DNA from: the human T2T-CHM13v2.0 reference genome, Homo sapiens
Assembly (NCBI RefSeq): GCF_009914755.1
Contig: NC_060947.1
Length of the DNA: 64,000 bases
Reading direction: 5' to 3' (one strand)
Shown: piece after piece, positions 32,530-49,843 of the stretch
How the letters are laid out: each line of letters begins with the position of its first letter
Numbering within the stretch: position 1 is the stretch's first letter
Notes under the pieces: model-generated
The model's input: only the letters and a program-made list of their open reading frames with translations
The model's database searches: none
Told to the model about the DNA's origin: nothing
Program-made: the position numbers and the translations under genes

Positions 32530-34135
32530 TTGGCTCTCTCTATATTAAAATGATAAATTACCAAGGGACATATAAATAGATCAATGGAATAGAATATAAA
32601 ACCCAGGAATATTAGGTTAGTGCATAAATAATTGTAGCTTTTGCCATTAAAAGTATAGCAAAAACTGCAATAACTTTTGCACCAATTTAATTTATCCCCA
32701 CAAATATGTCCAATTAATTTCTGACAAAGAAGCAAAAGCAATTCAATAAATGGTGCTGAACAAATTGGATATCCATTAGCAAAAAAAAAAAAAAGAACCT
32801 TGACCTAAACTTCATACTTTATATTAAAATTAACTCAAAATGTATAATGAACATAAGTGTAAAATGTAAAACTACAAAACTTCTAAAAATATATATAGGA
32901 AAAAATCTTTGAGACCTAGATAAGACTAAGCAAATTTCTTAGAATTGACACAAAATAACATGATTGATTGAATGAAAAATTGATAAATTGGACCTCAACA
33001 AAATTTTGAAATTTTGCCTACAAACGATTCTGTTAGAAGAATGAAAAGACAAGTTCTATGTCCAATAAAGGCTTTGTATCTATAAAGGACTCTCAAAACT
33101 CAACATCAAAACAAGCAATTCAATTAAGAAATTGGCAAACAATATGCATAGATATTTAATCAGTGATGATATACAGATGGCAAATAAGCATATGGAAAGA
33201 TGTTTAATATCATTAGCCATTAAATAAATGGAATTTAAAAGTACAATGAGATATCACAACATACCTGTCAGAATGGCTAATGAACAGAATGAAAGATAGC
33301 GATAACACCAAATGCTGATAAGGATATGGAGAAACTGGATTATTCATACATTGCTAGTGGGAATGTAAAATGGTACAGCCACTCTGAAAAATTGGCAAGT
33401 TCTTTCAAATCTAAAAATGGACATACCATATGATCCAACAATTGAACTCTTGGCATTTATCCCAGAGAATTGAAAAGTTATTTTCATGCAGGAACTTGTA
33501 CATGAATGTTCCTAGCAGCTTTATTCATAATAGTAAAAAACTGGAGACTATTCAAATGCTCTTCAATAGATGGATGGTTAAAAAATACTCAGCAATTAAA
33601 GAAAGAATGAATTATTGATACATGTAACAATTTGGATGGATCTCAAGGGCATTATGCTGAATGAAAAGAAAGCCAATCTTAAAACCTCACATACCACATG
33701 ATTTTATTTGTGTAATACTCATTAAATAGCATAATTGTAGAGATGGAGAAGAGATTTGTGGTTGCCAGGAAATAGGGGTGGAAGGGAGAAAAAGTAACCT
33801 GAAGGAGTATTGTGGTGATGGTATAGTTGAATATGCTGATTGCAGTGGTGGTTACACAAGGCTACACATGTGATAAAATTGCATAAAGCTACACATACAC
33901 ACACACACACACATAAATGCATGTATAACATTTGAAATCTGAATAAACTCTATAAATTGTACCAATATCAATTTATTGGTTTTGATATTGTTCTATGGTT
34001 GAATAAGTTGTTAACACTGGGGGAAGCTGGGGGAAGAGTACATAGAACTTTTCTCTACATTTCTTTGCAGATTTCTCCACATTTCTTTGTAGATTCTGTG
34101 AATCTACAATTATTTCAAAACAAAAGAAGTTTTTA
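32530..34135 (+). mobile_element. Old L1 (L1MB/L1MC-type) ORF2 end and 3' UTR
   Basis: atagatcaatggaatagaat, aaatggtacagccactctg, tgtgaatctacaattatttcaaaa; degenerate. Confidence 0.75.
32612..32690. mobile_element. MADE1 (Hsmar1-derived 80-bp MITE)
   Basis: ttaggttagtgcataaataattg...caataacttttgcaccaatttaa, an imperfect palindrome. Confidence 0.85.
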
Positions 34136-34898
34136 AATGAGAAATTGATCTTCAAGCTCTCCTCAAGGGGTAATAAGAGGATATATTTACCTTCTGTATA
34201 ATATGCCTGATAGCAGAGATTTCATATATCACAAGAATAACTTAATCTGCATTGTTTTGCCTCTATCGTGTCCTTGATTTAAATATATATAAATATATAT
34301 TATATATATAATATGTATATATACACCCAAAGATGGAAACAAAGAACATAGATGAAAGAACTAAGTTTTCTTATAACCATGTTACCTTCCTCTATAATTA
34401 TTTTAAAATATTTTATTGTCATTTTTATTAAATAGATAACCAAATTGTTGTTTTTAAGGTACTCATGATTCTATCTTAATCGACTTTGGCCAGTTGTTTT
34501 GATTTTGTCTTCCCCAGAAAGGATTCCAATTTTTAAAAACTAAAATACAATTTTGGGGATACCGTCTTCATATTGCATAAACTCAACACTATTGTAAATT
34601 CTCAATTCTGAAGAAATGGTTAGCCATACTAGGTGAAATTTGAATAGATAACATGGTATTAATGTAAATATTTCAGAAATTATGCACTGTATGAGAAAAC
34701 ACTGGAGACTTGTCAGTGTCCTCACTGGTAAGTATGTTTTTAAACTCAGGGGAAAACATTGATCAAACCCTTATGAAATAGTTCTGTTCTGTGTGCCAAT
34801 GGAGAATTTTACTGTCTGCCAATCTAATATTTGTGACTGTAATAAACTAACCATACAATACCCTCTCAGCCATTATTAGACAGATTTCTGATTCCTGA

Positions 34899-35303
<405 letters not shown>

Positions 35304-35339
35304 CTCTGAACTATTAATACTTTAAGAATACACACTTGC

Positions 35340-35669
35340 TCAAATCTCATGTTGGAGGAGTGGCCTGGTGGGAGATGATTGGATCATGGGGCGGATTTCC
35401 CCCTTTCTGGTCTCATGATAGTGAGTTCTCACAAGATCCGGTTGTTTAAAAATGTGTAGCACCTCCCTCTTCACTCTCTTCCTCCTTCTCCAGCTGTGTA
35501 AGATGTGCCTGCTTCCCCTTCACCTTCTGCCATGATTGTAAGTTTCCTGAGGCCTGTCCAGCCATGCTTCCTGTAAAGCCTGTGGAACTATAAGTCAATT
35601 AAACTTCTTTTCTTGTAAATTACCCAATGTTAGGTAGTTTTTATAGTGATGTGAGAATGGACTAATACA
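35340..35669 (+). mobile_element. MaLR LTR (MSTA/B-like), 5'-truncated
   Basis: caaatctcatgttg...gccatgattgtaagtttcctgagg...ggactaataca. Confidence 0.85.
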
Positions 35670-36444
35670 TTGCTTACACAAGTTTCAGACTGAATGGAGT
35701 GAGTGTTTCCAGGACTCTTTATAGTATAGAAATAGATGTATTTCATGAAGGAAGACTTTCATCCAAAATGCAGTGGACACAAATGAAACAAGAATTAATT
35801 GCACAGACATAAATGAACTTATGAGGGCACAGGTAGTAAGCCATGGGGGGCAGCGCCACTGCAGAGTTCCCATTAAGGCAATGCCCAGAAGAGCTGTGGG
35901 TACAGGGTCACCCCTGAGCCCCAAGACTGTTAGAGTCTCACAGCTCCGTTAGTCACTGCCCTAGTGGAGGCTCTCTGTGGTAGCTTTGCCTTCGGGGTGG
36001 CACGCGGCCTGGGTCCTGTTCCTGAGGCACCAGGGGCCTCCACGCTTTGAATTCTAGGTGGAGACAGACATGCCCCCACAGTTCATGTACTCTGCCAGCC
36101 AGTGGAGATGGCACCACACAAACACTACCAAGACTTACTGTGTATGCTCTCCAGAGGGATGGCCACTGGAGCCCTAACCACACTTGGGATCTCTAGAATC
36201 ACACCTGGGATGACTGAGGAGTATTGTGCCAGAATGTGGGGAACAGAGACTTTAGGTAGTGAGTGTGGAGGTCCTACCAGTACCTGAGGCCCCTCTTTTG
36301 ACATACTTCTGACCCCAAGCCTTAATGCTCTGGGTCTATGATGGGAGTGGTGGTCCTGATGATTTCCAAAAAGCCTTCAGGGTCATTTTTCCATTTTCTT
36401 GATAAAAAACACCTGGCTTCCACTGATACATAATAATCTCATCA

Positions 36445-39331
<2,887 letters not shown>

Positions 39332-39855
39332 AAAAAGTGGCCCTGGCCACACCCTTGGTATTCTCTCCTGAACATGCTTTTTTATTCTTTGAAATATGGC
39401 CATGCTGAGAATTTTCCAAATAATTGAGTAATGCATCCTTTTTTTATTATAACTTCCATCTTTAACTGGTTTTTCTTTTCTCATATTTTACTATAAGCCT
39501 TCAAGAAAAGCCATGCTGCTCCTTCAAAACTATGCTTAGATATTTCTTTTGACAAATACCCTATTTCATTGCTCACAAGTTTCTCCTTCCACAAAACAGT
39601 AGGACACAAACACAATTTAGCCGAAATATTTTCTGCTTTATAACAAGGATTGCTTTTCCTCCCTTTTCCAATAGTGTGTTCCTTATTTCTTTCTGAGACC
39701 TGTCAGTATGGCTCCCACCATCCTTATTTCTACCCACATTCTCTTCACAACCTCTTAGGTAATCTCTAGTAAGATTGAGACTTTTTCTATATCTCTCCTT
39801 TTCTACTGAGTCCTCGTCAGAACCACTCTTAATGCTCAGTTCATGGTAATATAGC

Positions 39856-40010
39856 CTTTTTTTGTTTTGAGATAGGATCTTGCTCTGTCACCCAGGCTGG
39901 TGTGCAGTGCCACAGTCATAGCTCACTGCAGCCTTGAACTCCCAGGCTCCAGTGATCCTCCTACCTCAGCTTCCTGAGTAGCTGGCATTACAGACACAAG
40001 CCACCAAGCC
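39856..40010 (-). mobile_element. Old Alu right-arm/monomer fragment
   Basis: Partial antisense Alu. Confidence 0.8.
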
Positions 40011-41809
40011 AATGTAGGCTTTTTCTAGCAGGCACCACCACATTTTTCTAGCCTCTACTGATTCTTCAGATCCAAAGGTGCTTTGACATTTTTACGTATT
40101 TGTTACAGCAGCACTCCACTTCTTAGTACCAGTTTCTGTCTTAGTCCATTTGGGCTGCTGTGGCAAAATAACTTAGACTGGCTAATTTATAAATAATAGA
40201 AATTTATTGCTTACATGTCTGGAGGCTGGAAACTCCAAGACCAAGGCATTAGAAAATTTGATGTCTGGTGAGGGTCCCACTCCTCATAGATGGCACCTTC
40301 TATACATCCTCACTTGGTGAAAGGGGCGAACAAGCTCCCCTGGGCCTATCTTATAAGGACACTAATCCTATTCATGAGGGTGGAGCCCTTATGACGTAAT
40401 CACTTCCAAAAGGCCCCACCTCCTAATACCATCACTTCGGGGATTAGGTTTCAGTATATGGGTTTTAGGGGGAACACATACATTCAAACCATATCAATGG
40501 GCATCCTTATTTTGTTCCTGATCTTAGAGAAAAAGCTTTCAAATTTTCACTATGGAGTATATCTGTGTGCTTGTGATAAAAGGCCTTTATTGTGTCAAGC
40601 TACTTTTTTCTGTACCTAATTTGTTGAGTTTTTATCATAAAAGGATGTTGGATTTTGTCACATGCTTTTTCTGCCTCTGTTGAGATGATCATATGATTTT
40701 GTTCTTCACTTTGTTAATGTGGTATATCACATATATTTATTTGCATATGTTAAAACGTCCTTGCATCCCAGGGATAAATCCCATTTGATCATGGTGAATG
40801 ACCCTTATAATGTGCTATTGATTCAGTGTGCTAAGAGTTTGCTGAGGATTTTTGCATTTATGTTCATCAGGGATATTGGCCTATAATTTTCTTTTCTTGT
40901 AGTGTCCCTGTCTAGCTTTGGTATAAGGTAATGTTGGCCTTTTAAAATAAGTTTGGAAGTATTCCTTCCTCTTTAATTTTTTAGGGTTTGAGAAGTATTG
41001 GTATTGGTTCCTCTTTAGATGTTTTGTGGAATTCAGCAGCAAAGCAATTAGACGCTGGGCTTTTCTTTGATGGGAGAGTTTTTATTACTGATTCAGTCTC
41101 CTTCCATATTATCAGTCTGTTTATATTTTGTATTTCTTCATGATTTAGTCTTAGGATATTCTATGTGTCTAGAAATCTATCCATTTCTTCTAGGTTATCT
41201 AATATGTTGGTGTATAACTGTTTATTGTAGTTTCTTATGAGCCTTTGTATTTTTGTATCAGGGTCTTTTTTTAATTTTTTTTAACCTCTCTTATGGTGCT
41301 GATCAGTTGTAATGTCTCCTCTTTCACTTCTGATTTTATTTATTTGAGTCTTCTCTCTTTTTAGTCTAGCTAAAGGTTTGTTAATTTTTTTATCTTATCA
41401 AAAAACCAAACAACTTTTAGTTACATTGATCTTTTCTATTGATTTTCTAGTTCCTATTTCATTTATTTCTGCTCTGATCTTTATTTTCTTATATTTACTA
41501 ACTTTAGGCTCAGTTGGTTTCTCTTTCTACAGTTCCTTGAGGTGTAACTTTGGGTTGTTTATTTGATATCTTTCTTCACTTTTTGATGTAGGCATTTATT
41601 GGTATAAACTTCCCTCTTAGAACTACTTTTCTGCATTCCCTAAGTTTTAGTATGTTGTCTTTACTTTTTCCTTTTTCTCAAGATATTTTAAATATCCTTT
41701 TCAATTTTTTGTTTGACCCATTGGTTTTACAGGAGCATGTTGTTTAATTTTTATGAATTTGTAACTTTTCCCAAATCTTTTCTGTTATTGATTTCAAGTT
41801 TCATACCAT

Positions 41810-42544
41810 TGTTCCCGGAACTGAGCCGGGTCTGACTGCGTTTTCTTGTGGCCCAATGACAAGAAGCAGACCAACTAGGGAGTTTATTGCTGTAACCGGA
41901 TAGAGGGAGAAGGCAGGAGATGATTTCACCAAACCAACTCAAACTGTTACAATTTTCTTAGTGCTTATATAGGTTGGAGTTATATGCCTATGTGTGATAT
42001 CACATTCGCCTAAGTCTATAGGTAACTAATTTTGTTTTAACTAGAAGGTCAGAGGCCAAAAATGCTTTCTAAGTCTGATGAAGCTGTGAGGGCACCGGTA
42101 CCATCAAGGCCTGTCTCCTAAATTCTAATTAGTGAAGACTGTGGTACTGAAGTGATTATTTCTAGCTTATCTCATTTACAGTTTGGTCCGGAGAGCTGCC
42201 TTAGACTCTCCAATAAATCTATTCAAACAGCTGCATCTGTTACCTTGACTCATCTCAGATTTCATAGACGGTAGATGGGTCCTGGCATGAGGAATGTAAG
42301 ATTGTCTCCATTATTTTGACTTGCTTCAGGTTAGGGAGAAGTCTGTGCAAGGCTCCTACTGACCGTATGTTTCATTTCTAGCTTTGATGTCTGGGCATCG
42401 ATTTCCCTAGGTTTAATTATTTGCACAATGTTAAGGCAGCACTATGGACATTTGTTGGTGTAACTGGCATGCTATGCAGGCCTGTCTGTGTGACTGTCAT
42501 GCAGGCCTGTCTGTGTGATTGTCAGGGAGAATTGGCCTGCCACA
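41810..42544 (-). mobile_element. ERV1-class solo LTR (subfamily not determined)
   Basis: TG...CA termini; 4-bp TSD CCAT at 41806-41809 and 42545-42548; host L1 is contiguous once it is removed. Confidence 0.8.
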
Positions 42545-43340
42545 CCATTGTGGTTGAAAAAGATACTTGATATGATTTCAATCTTCTTCGATTTTTAAGA
42601 CTTGTTTTGTGGCCTGAGATATGATATATCCTGGAGAATGTTCCCTGTACAATTAAGAAGAATGTGTACTCTTCTGCTGTTGGATGAAATATTCTGTATA
42701 TGCCTGTTAGGTCCATTTGGTCTAAAGTATAGTTTAAGACCAATGTTTTCTTATTGATTTTCTGTCTGGATAATATGTCCTTTTTGAAAATGATATGTTT
42801 ATATCCACTGCTATTATTGTACTGCAGTCTTTCTCTTCCTTCGGATCTATTAATATTTGTTTTATATGTTTAGGTTTAGGTATTCCCATGTTGGGTGCAT
42901 ACATATTTACAATCACTTTATTCTCTTGATGAATTGATCCCCTTATCATTATATAATGACAATCTTTGTCTTCCTTTACAGTTGACTTCAAGTCTATTTT
43001 ATGTAAGTATAGCTACCTATCCCTACTCTGTTTTTATTTCCATTTGCGTATAATATCTTTTTCCAACCCTTGGCTTGCAATCTACTTGTGTCCTTAAAGG
43101 AGAAGTGAGTCTTTTGTAGGCAGCGTGTATTTGAGTCTTGATTTTTATTCATTCATTGTTATTCATCCTTCAGTAGGTGGATCAAAAGACTTTAAGTCTT
43201 TTGATTGGCAGATCGAATCCATTTATATTCAAGGTAATTATTGATAGGTAAGGGCTTACTACCGCCATTTTATTAATTGTTGTCTGGTTGTTTTGCAGAT
43301 CCTTTGTTTCTTCCTCTCTTGCTATCTTCTTTACTGAATT

Positions 43341-44026
43341 CGTAACTGCCCAAGGGGTTCACCTTGCGCACTGCCTAGACAGAGACGATTTATCAAGACA
43401 GGGGAATTGCAATAGATAAAGAGTAATTCACACAGAGGCAGCTGTGCGGGTGACCGGAGTTTTATTATTACTCAAATCAGTCTCCTGAAGCATTCGGGGA
43501 GCAGAGTTTTTAAGGACAACTTGGTGGGTAGGGGGAAGCCAGTGAGCCAGGAGTGCTGATTGGTCAGGGATGAAATCATAGGGAGTTGAAGCTATCTTCT
43601 TGCACTGAGTCAGTTCCTGGGTGAGAGCCACAAGATCAGATGAGTCAGTTTATCAATCTGGGTGCTGCCAGCTGATCCATCAAGTGCAGGGTCTGCAAAA
43701 TATCTCAAGCACTGAATTTTAGGAGCAGTTTAGAGAGGGTCAGAACCTCATAGCCTCCAGCTGCATGACTCCTAAACCATAATTTCTAATCTTGTGGCTA
43801 ATTTTAGTCCTACAAAGGCAATCTAGTCCCCAGGCAAGAAGGAGGTCTGCTTTGGGAAAGGGCTGTTATCATCTTTGTTTTAAACTATAAACAAAGTTTC
43901 TGCCAAAGTTAGTTCAGCCTACCCCCAAGAATGAGCAAGAACAGCTTGAAGGTTAGAAGCAAGATGGAGAAGATTAAGTTAGATCTCTTTCACTGTCTCA
44001 GTCATAATTTTGCAAAGGTGGTTTCA
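43341..44026 (-). mobile_element. LTR8-like solo LTR (ERV1)
   Basis: Reverse complement begins tgaaaccacctttgcaaaattatgactgag; contains ctgatttgagtaataataaaactcc. Confidence 0.85.
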
Positions 44027-44231
44027 ATTTGATGGTTTTCTGTAGTTGTATGATTTGATTCTTTACTTTTTATCTTTTGTGTATCTACTATAGGTTTTTG
44101 CTTTGTGGTTATCATGAGGCCTATATAAAACACATTATAATTATAACAGGCTGTTTTAAGGTGGTAACAACTTCAATCACATAAAAAAAAAACTCTATAC
44201 TGTTACTTCCTCTCCTTGCTACACATTATAG

Positions 44232-44552
44232 GTTTTTTGTTGTTGTTGTTTTGTTTTGTTTGTTTGTTTGTTTTGTTTTGAGACAGGGTCTAACCCTGTC
44301 ACCCAGGCTGGAGTGCAATGGCGTGATCTTGGCTCACTGCAACCACCACCTCCTGGGTTCAAGTAATTGTCCCATGTCAGCCTCTTGAGTAGCTGGGACT
44401 ACAGGTGCCTGGCTATTTTGTTTTGTGTTTTTAGTAGAGAAGGGGTTTCGCCATGTTGGCCAGGCTGGTCTCAAACTCCTGACCTCAAATGATCCACCTG
44501 CCTCGGCATCCCAAAGTGCTGGGATTACAGGTCTGAGCCACCATGCCTGGCC
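44232..44552 (-). mobile_element. AluS with (GTT)/(GTTT) tail
   Basis: Antisense Alu. Confidence 0.92.
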
Positions 44553-44910
44553 CATATTATGTTTTTGATGCCACATTGTATATATTTTTATATTGTGTAT
44601 CCCTTAACAAATTATTGTAGCTTTTTTTTTAAGTTTTGTCTTTTAACCTTAACACAGAAGATAAAGTGATTTACATACCACCATTACAGTATTAGAGTAT
44701 TCTGAATATGACTGTGTACTTACTTTACTAGTGAGTTTTATATTTTCATGTTTTCATGTTACTAATTAACATCCTTTTCTTTGAGCTTGAAGATTTCCTT
44801 TTAGCATATCTTATAAGTCAGGTCTAGTGGTGATGGACTCCCATAGCTTTTAATTGTCTGGAAAAGTCCTTATCTCTTCTTCATTTTTGAAGGACAGCCT
44901 TATCATGTCT

Positions 44911-46112
44911 AGTCATGAAACATTTAATAACTGACACATGGGTTGAGAAATGTGTCATTAGGCAATTTCATCATTGTGCAAACAGTATAAGGTGTACTTA
45001 CACATAGCTAGATGGTATAGCCTACTACGCACAAAGGTTCTGTGGTATAGCCTATTGTCCCCAGGCTACAAAACTGTACAGCAAGTTACTGTACTGAATA
45101 TCATAGGCAATTGTAAAACAGTGGTAAATATTTGTGTATCTAAACATAGAAAAAGCCAGTAAAAATACAGTATAAAAGATAGAAAATGGTACACCTGTAT
45201 AGGGCACTTACCATAAATGGAGCTTGCAGGAAATGAATTTACTCTGGGTGAGTTTGTCAGTGAGTGGCAACTGCATGTGAAGGCTTAGGACATTAGTGCA
45301 CACAACTATAGACTTTATAAACTCTGTATACTTAGGCTATGCTAAATTTATTTTAAACATTTTATTTCTTCAATAATAAACTAACCTTAGCTTATTGTAA
45401 CATTTTTACTCTATAAACTTGTAATTTTTTAACTTTTTGACCCTTGTGTAATAACATGGGTTAAAACACAAAAGCATTGTACAGTTGTAAAAATGTTTTC
45501 TTTATATTCTTATTCTATAAGCTTTTTTCTATTTCTAAATTTACTTTATTTTATTTTATTTTTTACTTTTTAAACTTTGTGTTAAAAACTAAGACACAAA
45601 CACACACATTAGCCTAGGCACACATGGGATCAGAATCATCAGTATCACTGTCTTGTTTCACTGGAAGTTCTTTGTGGGCAGTAACATGCATGGAGCTCTC
45701 ATCTCCTATGAAAATAATACCATCTTCTGGAATATCTCCTGATGCACCTGCCTGATGCTGTCTTACAGTAAACTATTTTTTAATTAGTGGAAGGATTACC
45801 CTCTAAAATAATTATAAAAGGTATAGCATAATAAGTACATAAACCAGTAACATAGTTGTTTATGATAATTATCAAATATTATGCACTGTACACAATCGTA
45901 TATGCTATACTTTTAATATAACTGGTAGTGCAGTAGGTTTGTTTACACCAGAATCACCACAAATGTCTGAGTAATGTGTTGCACTATGATGTTAGGACAG
46001 CCATGACATTACTAGAGGGAAGAAATTTTTCAGTTCTGTTATAACCTTATGGGACCACCATCATATATTCAGTCTGTCATTGACCAAAATATCATTATGC
46101 TGCACATGACTG
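44911..46112 (+). mobile_element. Tigger3b-like DNA transposon
   Basis: agtcatg...gagaaatgtgtcattaggcaatttcatc...ctagatggtatagcctac...attatgctgcacatgactg. Confidence 0.8.
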
Positions 46113-46248
46113 TGTAGTATTCTTGGTTGGCAGTTTTTTTTTTTTTCAGTCCTTTGAATATATCATCCCACTGTCTCCTGGCCTGCAAGGTGTCTGCCGA
46201 AAATTCTGTTAATATCTTATTAAGGTTCTCTTGCACATGATGAGTTGA

Positions 46249-46621
<373 letters not shown>

Positions 46622-46663
46622 TAAGCAGTTTTTTATAATGTGTGTTGGTGAAGATCTCTTTAT

Positions 46664-46853
46664 GGTAAGTGTTCACTTAACATCATCAATAAGTTCTTGG
46701 AAACTGCAGCTTTAAGCAAAATGATGTATAACAAAACCAATTTTTTCTCACCAATGTTGAAGGAAATGATATTATTTTGAGGATCTGCTATATGTTGCTT
46801 CATTTAAAGTTTCAGTTTCCATGAACTTATCGATGTTAAGTGAAAATTTACTG
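46664..46853. mobile_element. MER6-family MITE (MER6B-like)
   Basis: Imperfect inverted repeat: gtaagtgttcacttaacatc...ggaaactg / cagtttcc...gatgttaagtgaaaatttactg. Confidence 0.7.
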
Positions 46854-47129
46854 TATATTTCATATATTTGGGGTTCTTTGAGCTGCATGAATCTGAATGA
46901 ATGTTCATTTTTCTCTACAGATTCGGAATATTTTCAGTCATTATTTCTTTAAACAAGCTTTCTGTCCCCTTCTTTTTCTCCATTCCTTCTGGAACACCCA
47001 TAATGTGTAAATTGTTTAACTTGATGGCATCCCATAATTCCTGTAGGCTTTATTCACTTTTTGCCATTCTTTTTCCTTTTTGTTCCTCTGATTAGGTAAC
47101 TTCAGATGGTGTCTTTGATTTCACTGATC

Positions 47130-48310
47130 TTGGGGCTGGCCTGGTGCTGGGGTAAGCCTGGAGCCTGTGACCATGGGTGTCCTAGTGCCTGGAGCCACAG
47201 GGGCTAACCTGTAGCCTAGGGCCATGGGGACTGGCCTGGAGTTTGGTCACGTGGGTGCTAGTCTGGAGGCTAGGTTCATGAGGGCTGGCCTAGAGCATGG
47301 GACCATGGACGCTGGCCTGTCTCTGGGATGAGCTTTCAAGCTGGGTCTATGGCGGCAGGCCTGGGTCCTGGGGTTAGGAGAGCCAGCTTGGTGCTGGGAT
47401 CTACTGAAATAGGCCTGAACCCTGGGGTTATATGGGCCTGCCTGCCTGGAGCCTCAGGCCACAAGGAGCAGCGTAGCACTGGGTGGGCCTGGAGCTTGTG
47501 TCTGCCAAGGACTGGGCTGGAATTGGGGGTCTAAAGGTTTTGATCTGGTACTGGGGTGGGGCTGGAGGCTGGGTTTGCACGCTTTAGTGGCCTAAAGCCT
47601 GGGGTCATGGGGTCTGTTCTTGTGCTGAGGCAGGTCTGAAGCCTGGGGCCATGTGAACCTGCATAGCACTGTGCCTGCCTGGAGCCTGAGGTAGGCCTGG
47701 ATCCTAAGTCTGTGGGGAAGCCAACTTATATAGCTTGGGGCTACAGGGGCTGGCCCCACACTAGGTATGTTTGGAGCCTCTACAAACGGGGGCCTGTCTG
47801 AAGGCTAGGTCCACAGGTTCCAGCTTTATGCCTGAAACCATAGGGGCCAGTCTCGAGCTGAGGTCAGTGGATGCTGACCTGGTGCTGGGGTGTGCCAGCA
47901 GCCTAGGGCTGCAGAGGCCAGCCTGAAGGCAGGGTCTGTGGGTGTTGGCCTGGAAGCTGAGTCTACAGTCCCAGCTTGGAGTCATGGATGCAGGGGCCAG
48001 TGTGGCACTGGGACTGGCCTAGAGGCTGGGTCTATGAGTGCTGGCCTGAAGCTTGAGTCAGTGGGGGCTGGCCTGGAGGCTGGGCGTGTGAGTACTGGCC
48101 CAGTGCTGGTGACTAAGTAGGTCTGTGAAGACTCCCTTGTTGCTGAGGGCAGGCCTGAAGCCTAGGGCTGCAAATGACAGCCTGATGCTGGCCATAGTCT
48201 AGAACCTGGAGCTGCTGGGGCCCACCTGGCAGTGAGGCCTGGAGACTGAGTCTTTGGAGGCCAAACTGGCAGTAGAGTGGGGCTGAAGATTGAGTCTGTG
48301 GGGCTGGCTA
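47130..48310 (-). repeat. Degenerate GC-rich tandem array (about 25-30 bp unit, GGGCTGGCCTGGAGCCTGGGTC-like), probably the 5' region of the adjacent old L1
   Basis: Recurrent ggcctggag/ggcctgaag/gctggg units immediately upstream of the minus-strand L1 ORF1 remnant. Confidence 0.6.
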
Positions 48311-48657
48311 ATAGCCTGCTGTTCACCAGAAGACTTACCAATAACTTAAACAGTCGATTAACACATATATTTTTTAATGTGATATACATTATATATGGTA
48401 TTCTTACAATAAAGTAAGCTAGTAAACTAGAGAAAAGAAAATGTTAAGAAAGCTATAAGAGGAGACAATATATTTACTATTCATTAAGTGGATCGTCATA
48501 AAAGTCTTCATCCTCGTTGTCTTCAGGTTGAGTAGACAGAGGAAGCAAAGGAAGAGTCGGGGTTGGTCTTGGTGTCTCAGAGGTGGCAGAGGCAGAGATA
48601 AATCTGCATATAAGTGGAACTGCACAGTTCAAACCCATGTTGATCAAGGGTTAACTG
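48310..48657 (-). mobile_element. Tigger2-derived MITE, partial
   Basis: Similar to 19945-20427; ends tgttgatcaagggttaactg followed by TA. Confidence 0.78.
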
Positions 48658-49498
48658 TACTTTAACTGACAATGTTCCAAATCAGGTGAGTTCTTTTCAG
48701 TAGCAGCAACAGCAACAGCAAAGCTTCTAGTTCTTACTGCCTGCCTCATCCTTGTTGAACCACTGTGCCAACAGAGCTTGAAGGGAGTAAGTGGGGGAGG
48801 TGATGAATAGACAGGCCTAAGCAAGAACACCACAGACTTATTATTTTCTTACTCAAAATCCAGAAGTTCTCAGTTTGTGGTATTCTTGGGTCAATTTCCA
48901 GAGTGCTGAAATGGTTGTTTTTGGTCATTTGTCCAGTTTTTTAGCATTTATGCAGATTCCCCAAACTCAGGAATTTATTTATTCAAATGAGGAGGATTTC
49001 CTCCACCAAGTTCAAAGAAACTCTTTCAGCTGGGGAAGATGTCAGTTCTTGACCACCATCAGTGCAAGAACCAACAGTAACACTGACCAGAAGATTTTTC
49101 TACTATTTTGCCATATAGCCTTTAGCTCAAACATATGAAGAAAGGAACTAATATTTAATAGAAGATGGACATCAGTTTTGATATACATTCTGCTAATGTC
49201 ATTTGAACTTTGAGCCATGTGAGTAAATCTAGGTGGCAGAACAAGAGAACAGAAGGCCATAAGTCTGCAGGATGGAAATGATAAATTAGCAATGAAGGAG
49301 ATAGAGGAGAATGTGAATGGAGTCTAATGACTTTTCTTAAGGCATCTTTATACCCAGATCAATTTTTCCAATTACTTTGTAAAGCCTTTAACAGCAAGAA
49401 CAATATTTTATGTGCTGTGCAATGCTTTAATGTAATGTCAGTACTGCACATGTGTTAAAATAATAATAACTAGCTCAAATAGTGTGGGTAGTTTTTGA

Positions 49499-49843
<345 letters not shown>

